Virus record (IMG/VR): IMGVR_UViG_3300025875_000082
Coordinates: 1 to 29,865 of that record
DNA from: a virus
Lineage: Duplodnaviria > Caudoviricetes
Length of the DNA stretch: 29,865 bases
Reading direction: 5' to 3' (one strand)
This document shows, piece after piece, positions 1-8,988 of the stretch (positions are counted from its first letter, which is position 1; each line of letters starts with the position of its first letter). The notes below the pieces were generated by a model. It made no database searches and was not told the DNA's origin. It saw only the letters and a list, made by a program, of their open reading frames with translations. The translations under genes were made by a program, and so were the position numbers.

Positions 1-1
1 G

Positions 2-1258
2 CAGTTCCGCGTGTGGGGGCTGGACAGCCGCCGCCTTTGCGATGCCGAGCGCACTCAGACCCTCGGCCAGATGATCGACACAGCCTACCGCCACTGGTGG
101 ACCGATGGTGAAGCCATGGCCTACATCGAGATGCGCGACCGGGGCAGCGCCTACCAGACTTGCGTGCGCCTGATCGACCCCGACCGGCTCGGCAACCCGA
201 TCGGCAAGCAAGACGAAGAGAAGCTGGCGAACGGCAACCAGATCATAGGCGGCGTCGAGATCGACCCTTCCGGTGCTCCGGTCGCCTATCACGTCCGGAA
301 GAACCATCCCGACGCGCGTGAAGCGCTGTCGGTAGACGACACCGTGCGGATCCCGCGGGAAGACGCGGACGCGCGGCCCCGGCTGATCCACGCCTTCCGG
401 CGCAAGCGAGCGCAGCAGCGGCGCGGCGTATCGCGGCTGGTAGCCTCAATGCGGACGATCAAGACGCTGCAGCGCTACGATGAAGCGGAGCTCGAGCTCG
501 CTATCCTGCGCGCCCTGCGCGCGCCGTACCTGCGGACGAAGCTGGGCACCGACGAAGCGCGCGACCTGGTTTCCGAGGCGCCGGACGCGCACGGCTATCG
601 CGCGGGCTATGCCGAGGATTGGCTGGCCTTCCGCGAAGAGAACCCTCTGATGATCGAGGGCGTCGGCTTCACGACGCTGCTGCCGGAAGAGGAGATCGGG
701 TTTGCCGAGGCGAATGGGCCACCGGCGCATTACGCGGACTTCCGGCAACAGGGCCTGCGGTCGATCGCAACTGACTTCGGGCTATCCGAACAACAACTGA
801 TTGGAAATTGGGACGAGATCAACTTCTCGTCCGCCCGCACGCTGCTGAATGAAATCTGGCGCGGGCTGCTCGACGACCGCTGGCAGTTCACGCAGATGTT
901 CTGCACCCCAATCTACTCAGCCTGGCTGCAGGAAGCGGTGGCGATTGGCAAAGTGAAGCTGCCCGGCGGGCCGGCGGCCTTCTTTCGCTACCGCGCCGAG
1001 CTCACCATGGCTCAATGGCTCGGGCCCGGCCGCGGGGTCATCGACCCGAAGAAGGAAAGCGACGGCAACGACGGCGATCTTTCCGCGCGGCGCAGCAGCC
1101 TGACCGTCCAAATGAACGAGCGTGGGCTCGATGTGCGCGACACCTTCATGGACCTCGCTCGCGAGGCCGAAATGAGGGCGGAGTTCGGGCTCAAGGATCT
1201 GCCCAAGGAGGAAGCAGCGATCGTCGGTGACGGCGAGGAAGAGGGCGACGATGAATAA
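2..1258 (+). CDS. Phage portal protein, lambda family (5'-truncated)
   Basis: Frame open from the window edge; lambda-portal-like motifs IIGGVEIDPSGAPVAYHV, QQRRGVSRL, NFSSAR, WLGPGRGVIDPKKE; precedes protease and capsid. Confidence 0.93.
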   Translation, partial: QFRVWGLDSRRLCDAERTQTLGQMIDTAYRHWWTDGEAMAYIEMRDRGSAYQTCVRLIDPDRLGNPIGKQDEEKLANGNQIIGGVEIDPSGAPVAYHVRKNHPDAREALSVDDTVRIPREDADARPRLIHAFRRKRAQQRRGVSRLVASMRTIKTLQRYDEAELELAILRALRAPYLRTKLGTDEARDLVSEAPDAHGYRAGYAEDWLAFREENPLMIEGVGFTTLLPEEEIGFAEANGPPAHYADFRQQGLRSIATDFGLSEQQLIGNWDEINFSSARTLLNEIWRGLLDDRWQFTQMFCTPIYSAWLQEAVAIGKVKLPGGPAAFFRYRAELTMAQWLGPGRGVIDPKKESDGNDGDLSARRSSLTVQMNERGLDVRDTFMDLAREAEMRAEFGLKDLPKEEAAIVGDGEEEGDDE

Positions 1259-1817
1259 GCCAGAGATCACCATCGAAACGCTGCATCGGCTGCTCGACTA
1301 CAATCCGCTATCCGGCGCTCTGACTTGGAAGCCCAGGGACGAAAGCATGTTTAAGGGGTCGCAGCAGGCTCCCGAACACAGCTGCAAGATCTGGAACTCA
1401 AGGCACGCCGGCGAATCGGCACTCACCGCTCTGAACGGCGACGGCTATCTGCACGGTGCAGTGCTCGGGATCACGTTGTCGGCCCACACCGTATGCTGGG
1501 CACTACATCACGGTGAACGGCCATTGCACGGCATTGACCATGAAAACGGAAACCGTGCGGACAATCGGGCTCTCAATCTTCGGGACGTTCCTGGGGCGGT
1601 CAACTCCAAGAACCAGCGCCGCAACAGGCGCAATACCAGTGGGGTGACGGGCGTTCATCTGCACCGCCGTACCGGCAAGTGGGTCGCGTCGATAAAGGCT
1701 GAGGGCAAGGTCAAGAACCTTGGGTACTTCGCCACGATAGAAGCCGCTGCAGATGTGCGGAGGCAGGCAAGTGAATGCTACGGCTATCACCAGAACCACG
1801 GCAGGGTGGCGGCATGA
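1251..1817 (+). CDS. Free-standing HNH homing endonuclease with C-terminal AP2-like DNA-binding domain
   Basis: IDHENGNRADNRALNLR HNH motif; NTSGVTGV...GKWVASIKAEGKVKNLGYFATIEAA AP2-like tail; ATG 1251 overlaps the portal stop, and its TGA overlaps the next ATG (ATGA). Confidence 0.9.
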   Translation: MNKPEITIETLHRLLDYNPLSGALTWKPRDESMFKGSQQAPEHSCKIWNSRHAGESALTALNGDGYLHGAVLGITLSAHTVCWALHHGERPLHGIDHENGNRADNRALNLRDVPGAVNSKNQRRNRRNTSGVTGVHLHRRTGKWVASIKAEGKVKNLGYFATIEAAADVRRQASECYGYHQNHGRVAA

Positions 1818-2716
1818 GCAGCTTCCCGCTTTGGGCCGAGCGCCTTTACAACCGCCCGATCGCGCTCGACCGCTTTAAGAACGAGACGCTGTGCAAGTTC
1901 GCCGACCAGCGCATATTTGGTGCCAAGCCTGATAAAATCGACGCCCAGACGCTGGCTGAGATCGAGCTTGGTGCCCGGGCGCGCGAGGCGGTGTTCTATG
2001 GCGACAGCGGGGACCGCAAGCCGTTCCGGCACCGCAACGGTATCGCGATGATCCCGGTTGAAGGCACGCTGGTTCACAAGGGCGGGTTTATGAGCGCCGA
2101 GAGCGGGCTCACCAGCTACGACTCGATCCTTACCACGATGAGGGTTGCATCCGCAGACGGCGACATCTCGGGGATATTCATGCCCTACAAGAGCGGGGGC
2201 GGCGAGGTCGCTGGCATGTTCGCGGCTGCCGAGGAGATGGCCACGATGAGCCAGGCGGAAGGTGGCAAGCCCATCTACGCCTACCTCGATGACCAGGCTG
2301 CCAGTGCGGCTTACGTGCTCGCATCGTCCGCGGACAAGATATTCGGGCGCCGCGAGGTGATCGGCGGCTCGCTCGCTGCGCTTATTAATGTCGTAGACAA
2401 GTCCAAGGCGATGGAGCGCATGGGCCTGAAGCCTATCGTGGTGCGCGCCAGCTGGGCCGACCGGAAAGCCCGCGGCGGCATGGGCGAAGAGATCGACGAG
2501 GAGCTCATCGGCAAGCTCGAGGGCTTTGTCGAAGAGGCCAGCGAGATGCTGGTCGAGTTCGTCTCAGCCATGCGACCGATCAAGCCGCAGGCCATCCGCG
2601 ATCTGCGCGGAGAGGTGTTCTCCGGCGAGGATCTGGTCAAGCTCGGCCTCATGGACGCCGTCGCCAGCGAGGACGAGGTCTGGGCCAAGCTCGAACGAGC
2701 GGCAGCCCGCGCCTGA
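1814..2716 (+). CDS. Head maturation protease, S49 family (lambda gpC-like)
   Basis: GIAMIPVEGTLVHK, SGGGEVAG, AASAAYVLASSADKI motifs; position after the portal; ATG at 1814. Confidence 0.92.
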   Translation: MSSFPLWAERLYNRPIALDRFKNETLCKFADQRIFGAKPDKIDAQTLAEIELGARAREAVFYGDSGDRKPFRHRNGIAMIPVEGTLVHKGGFMSAESGLTSYDSILTTMRVASADGDISGIFMPYKSGGGEVAGMFAAAEEMATMSQAEGGKPIYAYLDDQAASAAYVLASSADKIFGRREVIGGSLAALINVVDKSKAMERMGLKPIVVRASWADRKARGGMGEEIDEELIGKLEGFVEEASEMLVEFVSAMRPIKPQAIRDLRGEVFSGEDLVKLGLMDAVASEDEVWAKLERAAARA

Positions 2717-2743
2717 AGGGCGCACATACAAGAGGAACCCGAC

Positions 2744-3295
2744 ATGCCGAAGAGTGCGCGCCTTGAGGCGTTCCGAGCCCGCGCGTCCGAAGAGGACACC
2801 GTAACCGAATTGGCCGCCACCGGCGGCGATGACGCAGCCACCCACACTCCCGACGCCGACGCATCGGGCGGAACCGAAGAGGACGACAGCATGACCGACC
2901 AAGAAATCCAGGCGGCTGTAGCCGCCGCGCGCGAGGAGGGCCGCAAGGAAGCCGCCGATCGCTTCAACAAGGTGTTGGGCCACGAGAATGCCAAGGGCCG
3001 CGAGGCGCACGCCACGCGCCTGCTCGGCCGCAGCATGAGCGCCGAGGAGATCATCGACGAGCTCGCCCATCAGCCGCTGCCGCATGCGCCCAAGGCCCTG
3101 TCCGAGGACGAGCAGCGCAAGATCGCCGAGGAAGCGGGTCGGAAGGAAATGCAGGCCGCCATGAACGGCGGCAACGCGGATATCGGGGCCGGCGCGAACG
3201 CGACCGACAAGCCCACCGCTGCAGTGGCGGATGATGTCTGGGCCCAGGCCGACACCATCAACAACGCCTTCAAGCCCGCGCCCGCGAAGGGCTGA
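2744..3295 (+). CDS. Capsid scaffolding protein (lambda Nu3-like), encoded as a separate gene
   Basis: Acidic, Ala-rich and helical; AAVAAAREEGRKEAADRFNKVLGHENAKGREAHATRLL resembles the Nu3 portion of lambda gpC; AAGAGGA RBS; possible alternative start at 2891. Confidence 0.72.
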   Translation: MPKSARLEAFRARASEEDTVTELAATGGDDAATHTPDADASGGTEEDDSMTDQEIQAAVAAAREEGRKEAADRFNKVLGHENAKGREAHATRLLGRSMSAEEIIDELAHQPLPHAPKALSEDEQRKIAEEAGRKEMQAAMNGGNADIGAGANATDKPTAAVADDVWAQADTINNAFKPAPAKG

Positions 3296-3338
3296 ACCGC
3301 AACCGCAAGCCTGACCGGCCCACCACGGAGTAATGCCG

Positions 3339-3740
3339 ATGCCGACCGTCTCTTTCAACACCAAGCGCTCCGGGTGCTACCTGGGCGAGAGCGCGCCGCC
3401 GAACATCATCAATCGCGAAATCATGATCGCCAGCGGGCAGGGCGTTCTCGTGCCCGGCACCGTGATCGCCGAAGTCACCGCGACGCCCGGCACCTACAAG
3501 GTGCACGATCCGGCCGCGACCGACGGCAGCCAACTGCCGGCCAACGCCGCCATTCTCTTCCACGCCGTGGACGCGACCAGCGCCGCGGTGAAGACGGTTG
3601 CCACCTACAGCGGCCCGGCGACCATCTTCGGCAACGAGCTCACCTACAAGACGGGCATGTCCGGCGCAGCGCAGATCGCTGTGCGCGAGGCGCTTCGCGC
3701 CAAAGGCATGGCCGTCCTCCCGCAGCACGTCGGCGAATAA
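3339..3740 (+). CDS. Head decoration protein (lambda gpD-like)
   Basis: REIMIASGQGVLVPGTVI...YKVHDPAATDGSQ...AAILFHAVDAT pattern; immediately upstream of the capsid gene; start 3339 chosen on GGAG spacing (3333 possible). Confidence 0.88.
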   Translation: MPTVSFNTKRSGCYLGESAPPNIINREIMIASGQGVLVPGTVIAEVTATPGTYKVHDPAATDGSQLPANAAILFHAVDATSAAVKTVATYSGPATIFGNELTYKTGMSGAAQIAVREALRAKGMAVLPQHVGE

Positions 3741-3770
3741 GCCGAGCCATTCCTCGAAGGGATAGACACA

Positions 3771-4805
3771 ATGCCCATCACCATGGCCGTCTTCAACGGC
3801 GACGCCTTCACCGAAGCCGCGATGATCCGCGCGATCTCCAAGCGGCCATACGTTCCGATGATGCTGGACCAGGTCATCCAGTTTGAGCCGACGCCGGTGA
3901 ATACCGACAGTGTTGTGCTCGGCATGTCGAGCAGCACCATCTCCCTCATCCGCGCCACCCTGCGCGGCGCGCCGATCGAAGTGGGCGGCATCGATACCGA
4001 GAATATGCGGACCTTCCGCATTCCTCGCATCGCCAAGGGTCGCAAGCTCTACGCGCACGAGCTCGCCAATCTGGCGCCCATGGAGGGGATGAGCGTTGAC
4101 GCGACCGTCGCGGCGCGTGTCGCACGGCTGCAGGAGAAGAACGTCGAGGATCTCGAGCTCACGGAGGAGTTCCACCGCCTGGGTGCGCTGAGCGGCATCG
4201 TGCTCGACACCGATGGTTCGCAGTTGGCCAACTACTACACCGAGTTCGGCATCACGCAGCCTGCGGACATCGACCTCACGCTCGACAATGCAAACATGAC
4301 GATCGGCGAACTCGTCGAGAAGATCGGAACGCAGGTCGTCATGCCGATTGCCCGTGCGTCGGGCAACGGGAACAACCCGCGCTTCCGCATCCGCGCTCTT
4401 TGCGGTGACGGTTTCTGGTTCAGGCTGATCGGTCACCCTGCCGTCGCCGCGACCTACCAGAACTATGCAGCGGCAGCCACGCTGCGCGGCGAGCGGCTCT
4501 GGACGAGCTACGAACTCGGCGGGGTCGAGTGGTTCCACTACCGCGGCACCGACGATGGCTCGACCATTGCCATCCCCAGCAACAAGGCGAAGGTCTTCCC
4601 CGTCGGCGTGCCGGGCATGTTCCAGCACATCATCGGGCCGAACAACGAGAGTCTGGTGACGATGAACCAGGACGGCCGGCGCTACTACGCCGACCTCGTC
4701 CGCGAAGTCGGGCGCGAGCTCCCGCGCTGGGTGCAGCCGGAGATCTACGCCTACCCGTTGTTCTTCAACGGCCGCCCCGACCTCGTGCTGACCGTCACCA
4801 TCTGA
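3771..4805 (+). CDS. Major capsid protein (lambda gpE family)
   Basis: 344 aa; VFNGDAFT N-terminus, TEEFHRLGALSGIVLDTDGS, YYTEFGITQP, C-terminal PLFFNGRPDLV; follows the decoration gene. Confidence 0.92.
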   Translation: MPITMAVFNGDAFTEAAMIRAISKRPYVPMMLDQVIQFEPTPVNTDSVVLGMSSSTISLIRATLRGAPIEVGGIDTENMRTFRIPRIAKGRKLYAHELANLAPMEGMSVDATVAARVARLQEKNVEDLELTEEFHRLGALSGIVLDTDGSQLANYYTEFGITQPADIDLTLDNANMTIGELVEKIGTQVVMPIARASGNGNNPRFRIRALCGDGFWFRLIGHPAVAATYQNYAAAATLRGERLWTSYELGGVEWFHYRGTDDGSTIAIPSNKAKVFPVGVPGMFQHIIGPNNESLVTMNQDGRRYYADLVREVGRELPRWVQPEIYAYPLFFNGRPDLVLTVTI

Positions 4806-4840
4806 TCCGTCCACCTGACATTCCCACGGAGACCAATACG

Positions 4841-5344
4841 ATGGTCAAGACAGTAGAGCGGATCGCCGCGGAAACGCGCACCGTCCACTACGGCACGAGC
4901 ATGATCGTGCTGAACAAGGGCAGGCGGGTGACGGTCGACGAAGCCGATGTTCCCTTCCTCGAGCGGGACAAGCTCATCACCGACACCAAGCTCGAGGGGC
5001 TGGACGGTGATGGCGACGGCAAGGCCGGCGGCAGTCTGCCGCGGCAGGACGGCCAGGTTGTCGGCACCACGGAGCCTGTCGTGCAGCCGGTGGCCGAGGC
5101 CCTCGAGTCCGCCGGTCCCACCGGCGGCTCGCCGGTCACCATCACGGTGGGCGACAAGGACCTCCCGGTTCCTTCGGGCTACGAGGTCGAGCCGAATGCC
5201 GGGGGCTGGTACACCATCACCGGGCCCGAAGGCTTCGAGCCGGTGAAAGCCCACGGGGCGGCCAAGCTCGAGGAAGCACTGACCGGACTGCCGGCGATCC
5301 CGGTTGCTGATGGCGTCACCGACGACGGGGCTCCGGCTGCCTGA
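4841..5344 (+). CDS. Hypothetical head-associated protein
   Basis: GGAG RBS before ATG 4841; DGDGDGKAGGS motif; AGGWYTITGP module shared with 6186-6530. Confidence 0.7.
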   Translation: MVKTVERIAAETRTVHYGTSMIVLNKGRRVTVDEADVPFLERDKLITDTKLEGLDGDGDGKAGGSLPRQDGQVVGTTEPVVQPVAEALESAGPTGGSPVTITVGDKDLPVPSGYEVEPNAGGWYTITGPEGFEPVKAHGAAKLEEALTGLPAIPVADGVTDDGAPAA

Positions 5345-5345
5345 C

Positions 5346-5687
5346 ATGCCGCTCCCCAGCATCGAGAGCCTCCTCTCCGGTCTCGACCGGACGTGCATGG
5401 ACGCGCTCGGGGACAGCATCCAATACAGTGCAGCTGGCGCCGCGTACGCGACCGTGCGCGGCTATGTTGACCACCGAGAGGCAGGGCGCGCCTTCGACAA
5501 TGCGACAGCCATGGTGCAGGACATCATCGTGGTCGTCCTCCGCGCCGATGTTCCGGTGAAGCCTGGCGGAGCGGCGCGAGTGGCGCTGCCGCAGTTCGCC
5601 GACCGGACCTTTCAGCCCGTGAATGCACGCACCGACGAGAGCGGCACGCATTGGGAGTTCGAGGTCCGAGAAGTAGCTGGTGGCTGA
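5346..5687 (+). CDS. Head-tail joining protein (gpFII-like)
   Basis: 113 aa, beta-rich, ending DESGTHWEFEVRE; syntenic position after the capsid. Confidence 0.7.
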   Translation: MPLPSIESLLSGLDRTCMDALGDSIQYSAAGAAYATVRGYVDHREAGRAFDNATAMVQDIIVVVLRADVPVKPGGAARVALPQFADRTFQPVNARTDESGTHWEFEVREVAGG

Positions 5688-6162
5688 CACCTGTTGGGAC
5701 AAGGTCGAGGACGCGGTCAAAGCCGTCCTCGACCCGCTCACCACGCCCGGCGCGCCGCTCGAAGGCTGGACCGTGCTGGGCCAGCAATCCACTGACGTCG
5801 CCCTTGATGTCGAGGGCCCCTCGGTCAGCATCTGGACCGTGGCGATCGCGATGGATCAGTCGCAGGAGCAGGGCCAGAGCATCCACACGCAGACGGTTGA
5901 GGTAGAGTTCGTCAGCGGCCACGCGCCGGCCGGGACGCTCGGACGCAAGAACAAGGCCGCGATGGCGCACGCGCACGCCGCGATCGCCGCCGACCGCAGC
6001 TTCGGCGGCATGCTGCAGGACATTCAGGAAATCGACGCCGCTCCTGCCCGCATCGAGGGCAAGGACACCAACGGCACTTCGCTCCAATACCAGGTCGAGT
6101 TCTTCACCCCCCGCGACGACTGGTTCACCATCGTCGGCCAGGGCGCGGTCCCCTTCTACTGA
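5680..6162 (+). CDS. Tail terminator/completion protein (gpU-like)
   Basis: 160 aa acidic; HAAIAADRSFGG and LQYQVEFFT..DD patterns; upstream of the tail tube. Confidence 0.7.
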   Translation: MADTCWDKVEDAVKAVLDPLTTPGAPLEGWTVLGQQSTDVALDVEGPSVSIWTVAIAMDQSQEQGQSIHTQTVEVEFVSGHAPAGTLGRKNKAAMAHAHAAIAADRSFGGMLQDIQEIDAAPARIEGKDTNGTSLQYQVEFFTPRDDWFTIVGQGAVPFY

Positions 6163-6185
6163 TCCCTCCGAAAGGACCATCCGAC

Positions 6186-6530
6186 ATGCCCGATACTGTG
6201 TTCCCACCGCTCCCGTCGGGGAGCGTGGACTTCGGCCAGCTGCATGAAGCGGCGATGAAGGGCGAGGTCACTCAGGCCGACGTCGACAAGGCCACCACGC
6301 GCCCGCAGCCGCGCGAGGCGGAGCGCGTCGCCACCATCCCGACGCCCGACTTCCGGTACGAGGCCAAGGCCGGCGGCTGGCACGAGATCACCGGGCCTGG
6401 TCTCAACGAGCCGTTCCGCACGCAGGACCGCGCCAAGGCCGCGAAGAAGTGGGACGAGGTCACCGGCGAAGCGCTGCCCGAGTTCACCGCGCTCGCTGAC
6501 GTGCCGCCGCCCTCTGGCGACGACGCCTGA
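6186..6530 (+). CDS. Hypothetical protein
   Basis: GAAAGGA RBS; 114 aa; AGGWHEITGP module shared with 4841-5344. Confidence 0.72.
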   Translation: MPDTVFPPLPSGSVDFGQLHEAAMKGEVTQADVDKATTRPQPREAERVATIPTPDFRYEAKAGGWHEITGPGLNEPFRTQDRAKAAKKWDEVTGEALPEFTALADVPPPSGDDA

Positions 6531-6556
6531 TCACCGCCTGACACGAGGAACCGTTC

Positions 6557-7747
6557 ATGGCCCAGAAGTCCACCGAAACCGCACTGGCGCTGAAGATCCA
6601 GGCCACGCCCGGCATCTTCGACACCCCCACGCTCCCCGCCGACTTCCTGCGCGTCGCCAACCTGCGACCGCAGATTTCCAGCGTCACCATCGACAACCCG
6701 GAATACACCGGCTCGGTGGCGCGCAACGCGCCCGACGTCACCGGCAAGACGTTCACCATGGCGTTCAACATTCTCATGCGCCCGCCGGGCGGTTCGGGCG
6801 TGCCCGGGGCCAACGAATACCTGCCCGGCCGCGTGCTCCAGGCGTGCAAGTTCACCGAGATCCGCAACACCGTGGCCATTCCGGAGGCGCCCGAAGCCGT
6901 GGGCGCCGGCAGTACGACGACCAAGGCGGTGCTCGGTGCGAGCGCGAGCGCGGTGGCCCAGACCTACAAGGGCTTCCCCTTGTGGCTATCCGACAACGGC
7001 ACGGGCCTGAAGCGCCAAACGACCGTCATCGTCGACTACGATGCAAACAAGGGCGCCTCGCTTGCCGAGACGCTCGGTGCGCCGCCGGCGGCCGACTATC
7101 AGATCCTGCCATTCCTCGGCTATTACCGATCGGTCGATGCCAGCGATCCGCCGATGCTGTCGATGCAGGTGTGGTATGGCGGCAACCGCTACGACCTCGT
7201 GGACGTGCAGGTCACCGGCCTACGCATCCCGGTCAACACGTCGACGAAGACGCAGGGCTCGTATCCCGCTTGGGAGGTGACGGTCTCCGCCACCATTCAT
7301 GCATCGGCCGCGGAAGCATCGCCGGCTGTGACTCCCGGCGGCACCACCCCGACGTTCAAGGACGGCGACCAGTGGCTGGCCGGCAAGGCGGTGGGCGGTG
7401 CCAGCTTCACCATCGACATGGGCATCCAGTCCGAGGACCCACCCAATCCCAATCAGCCCGACGGCAGCGATCCGTCTGAGATCGTCTCGTCGACCGCACG
7501 CATGAGCATGCAGCGGCAGTTCTACAGCAAGGACGTGTTCGACACGCTCGGCATGGCCGATGCGCAGCAGCAGCATCCGTTCTGGGCCCAGTGGGGCTAC
7601 GGCTCCGGCACCATAATCGGGGTCGTTGTTCCCCAGGCTCGCTTCGACTTCCCGAACCCCGACCTGGGCGGCGCGCTCGTGAACGAGACCGGCGACCTGA
7701 TGATCGACGCATTCGACAGGTCCGTCGGCATCTACTTCCCGTACTGA
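6557..7747 (+). CDS. Major tail tube protein
   Basis: 396 aa, Thr/Gly/beta-rich; GAGGA RBS; lies between the terminator gene and the tail chaperone. Confidence 0.78.
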   Translation: MAQKSTETALALKIQATPGIFDTPTLPADFLRVANLRPQISSVTIDNPEYTGSVARNAPDVTGKTFTMAFNILMRPPGGSGVPGANEYLPGRVLQACKFTEIRNTVAIPEAPEAVGAGSTTTKAVLGASASAVAQTYKGFPLWLSDNGTGLKRQTTVIVDYDANKGASLAETLGAPPAADYQILPFLGYYRSVDASDPPMLSMQVWYGGNRYDLVDVQVTGLRIPVNTSTKTQGSYPAWEVTVSATIHASAAEASPAVTPGGTTPTFKDGDQWLAGKAVGGASFTIDMGIQSEDPPNPNQPDGSDPSEIVSSTARMSMQRQFYSKDVFDTLGMADAQQQHPFWAQWGYGSGTIIGVVVPQARFDFPNPDLGGALVNETGDLMIDAFDRSVGIYFPY

Positions 7748-7774
7748 TCCACCCTCTCACCTGAAAGGAAGCCT

Positions 7775-8548
7775 ATGCCCCAGGCTGACATTCCGGTGGA
7801 GGCGAGCGACGAGCTCGTCTTCACTCCACCCTCGCTTGCCCGGATCGAAGGCGCGCCGAGTTTCACGCTCCGCGCCTTCACCCACCGTGACCATCGGCAC
7901 CATCGCCGCCTCATGCGCGAGGCCGGCCTCGTTCGTCACACTGACGAGGATATCCGCGCCGTCACCCGCGCCGAGCTCGAGCGCCTGTGGTCGGCCGACG
8001 ACTACGCTGCGGGCATCGCCCGCCTCGATGTCTACTGGACTGCGCTCGACGATTGGAACCTCGCGCGCAAGGATGAGCCCGAGCTTACCTTTGACTACGA
8101 TTCGGACGAGCTTGCCGCCATCGACGGCCTCTCGGACAACCTCTTTCGTGCGTCCGAGACGTTGCGTAGGATGGTCGCCGACAATGCCGATGCGGGCGAC
8201 CTAAGCCCCGTTCTGCTCGTCGCGGCCGTGGTGAAGGATTTTGCTGGGCTTGCCGCCAAGCGCCAGATCGAGGGCGGCTACCTCACCCTCGAGTGCGCCT
8301 ACAAGGTGCGCGATGCGCTAGCCAAGTTCGAGAATGAGCGCGAGCTGACAACCGGTGCGGCCTGGCTGGACCTGATGGTCGCCTGCGTGCGCCGTATGAA
8401 CCTCGACGCGGACACGGCAAAAAACTCCGGATCGCCGTCGCCCTCCGAGCCCGACCAGCAGAGTTCGAGCAAGGAACAGGACCCTGGGCAATCCCCGGCG
8501 GCGACGGCGAAGCGTTCGAGGTCGACCGTGACGAGCTCCGCGGCGTAA
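7775..8548 (+). CDS. Tail assembly chaperone (gpG-like)
   Basis: GAAAGGA RBS; follows the tail tube; low-complexity Ser/Pro tail after an in-frame slippery heptamer. Confidence 0.78.
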   Translation: MPQADIPVEASDELVFTPPSLARIEGAPSFTLRAFTHRDHRHHRRLMREAGLVRHTDEDIRAVTRAELERLWSADDYAAGIARLDVYWTALDDWNLARKDEPELTFDYDSDELAAIDGLSDNLFRASETLRRMVADNADAGDLSPVLLVAAVVKDFAGLAAKRQIEGGYLTLECAYKVRDALAKFENERELTTGAAWLDLMVACVRRMNLDADTAKNSGSPSPSEPDQQSSSKEQDPGQSPAATAKRSRSTVTSSAA

Positions 8549-8718
8549 CCGATGAGCACTTCTCGCTGGTCCGGCTCCATTCGCAATGCGATCGGGGCAT
8601 GGCCGGCTTCGTCTATCCCGACGGGCGCGCGGTGCTCGACCAACCCCTTGTGCTGCTCGATGCCTTTTCGGTCATCGCTGATGCGAAGGGGCGGGTGAGG
8701 CGGCGGGGTGAGGATTGA
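8419..8718 (+). CDS. -1 frameshift extension of the tail chaperone (gpGT-like); slippery site A AAA AAC at 8419-8425
   Basis: Heptamer is in X XXY YYZ phase with the 7775 frame; the -1 frame is open for 97 codons to TGA 8716-8718 (LRIAVALRARPAEF...YPDGRAVLDQPLVLLDAFSVIADAKGRVRRRGED); absent from the ORF track. Confidence 0.82.
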   Translation, partial: KKLRIAVALRARPAEFEQGTGPWAIPGGDGEAFEVDRDELRGVTDEHFSLVRLHSQCDRGMAGFVYPDGRAVLDQPLVLLDAFSVIADAKGRVRRRGED

Positions 8719-8742
8719 CATAGTGGTCGGTCGGCGCATTCT
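8715..8742 (+). promoter_or_regulatory. Putative sigma70 promoter for the lipoprotein moron
   Basis: TTGACA (8715-8720), 16 nt spacer, CATTCT (8737-8742); ATG 7 nt downstream suggests a leaderless mRNA. Confidence 0.55.
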
Positions 8743-8748
8743 GGAGCT

Positions 8749-8988
8749 ATGAGGACCATCGCAATCGTCTGCCTGTTGCTTCTCGCCAGCTGCAAGTCCG
8801 CAGGTGAAGAAGCGGCCAAGCGTTACGAGATCGTTGAGAAGTCCGGCGGTTCTCCGCAGGAACTATGCGATGCCGGGGAGGAAGTGGCTGCAGCGTATTT
8901 GGAAGAGCAGAATCGGACTGAGTATCAGTGGTGGCGGGTAAAGGCAGGCCTCAACTGCAATCAGGTACTGCTCAACTCTCTGGATTGA
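8749..8988 (+). CDS. Small lipoprotein (moron; candidate superinfection exclusion)
   Basis: MRTIAIVCLLLLASC signal peptide with lipobox; 79 aa; visibly less GC-rich than flanking genes; own promoter. Confidence 0.75.
   Translation: MRTIAIVCLLLLASCKSAGEEAAKRYEIVEKSGGSPQELCDAGEEVAAAYLEEQNRTEYQWWRVKAGLNCNQVLLNSLD

Noticed and set aside
3270-4814. Long antisense ORFs (e.g. 3270-4814, 13933-16170, 16365-17990, 24935-25936)
   Set aside because: Typical shadow ORFs opposite high-GC coding genes; no motifs or RBS support
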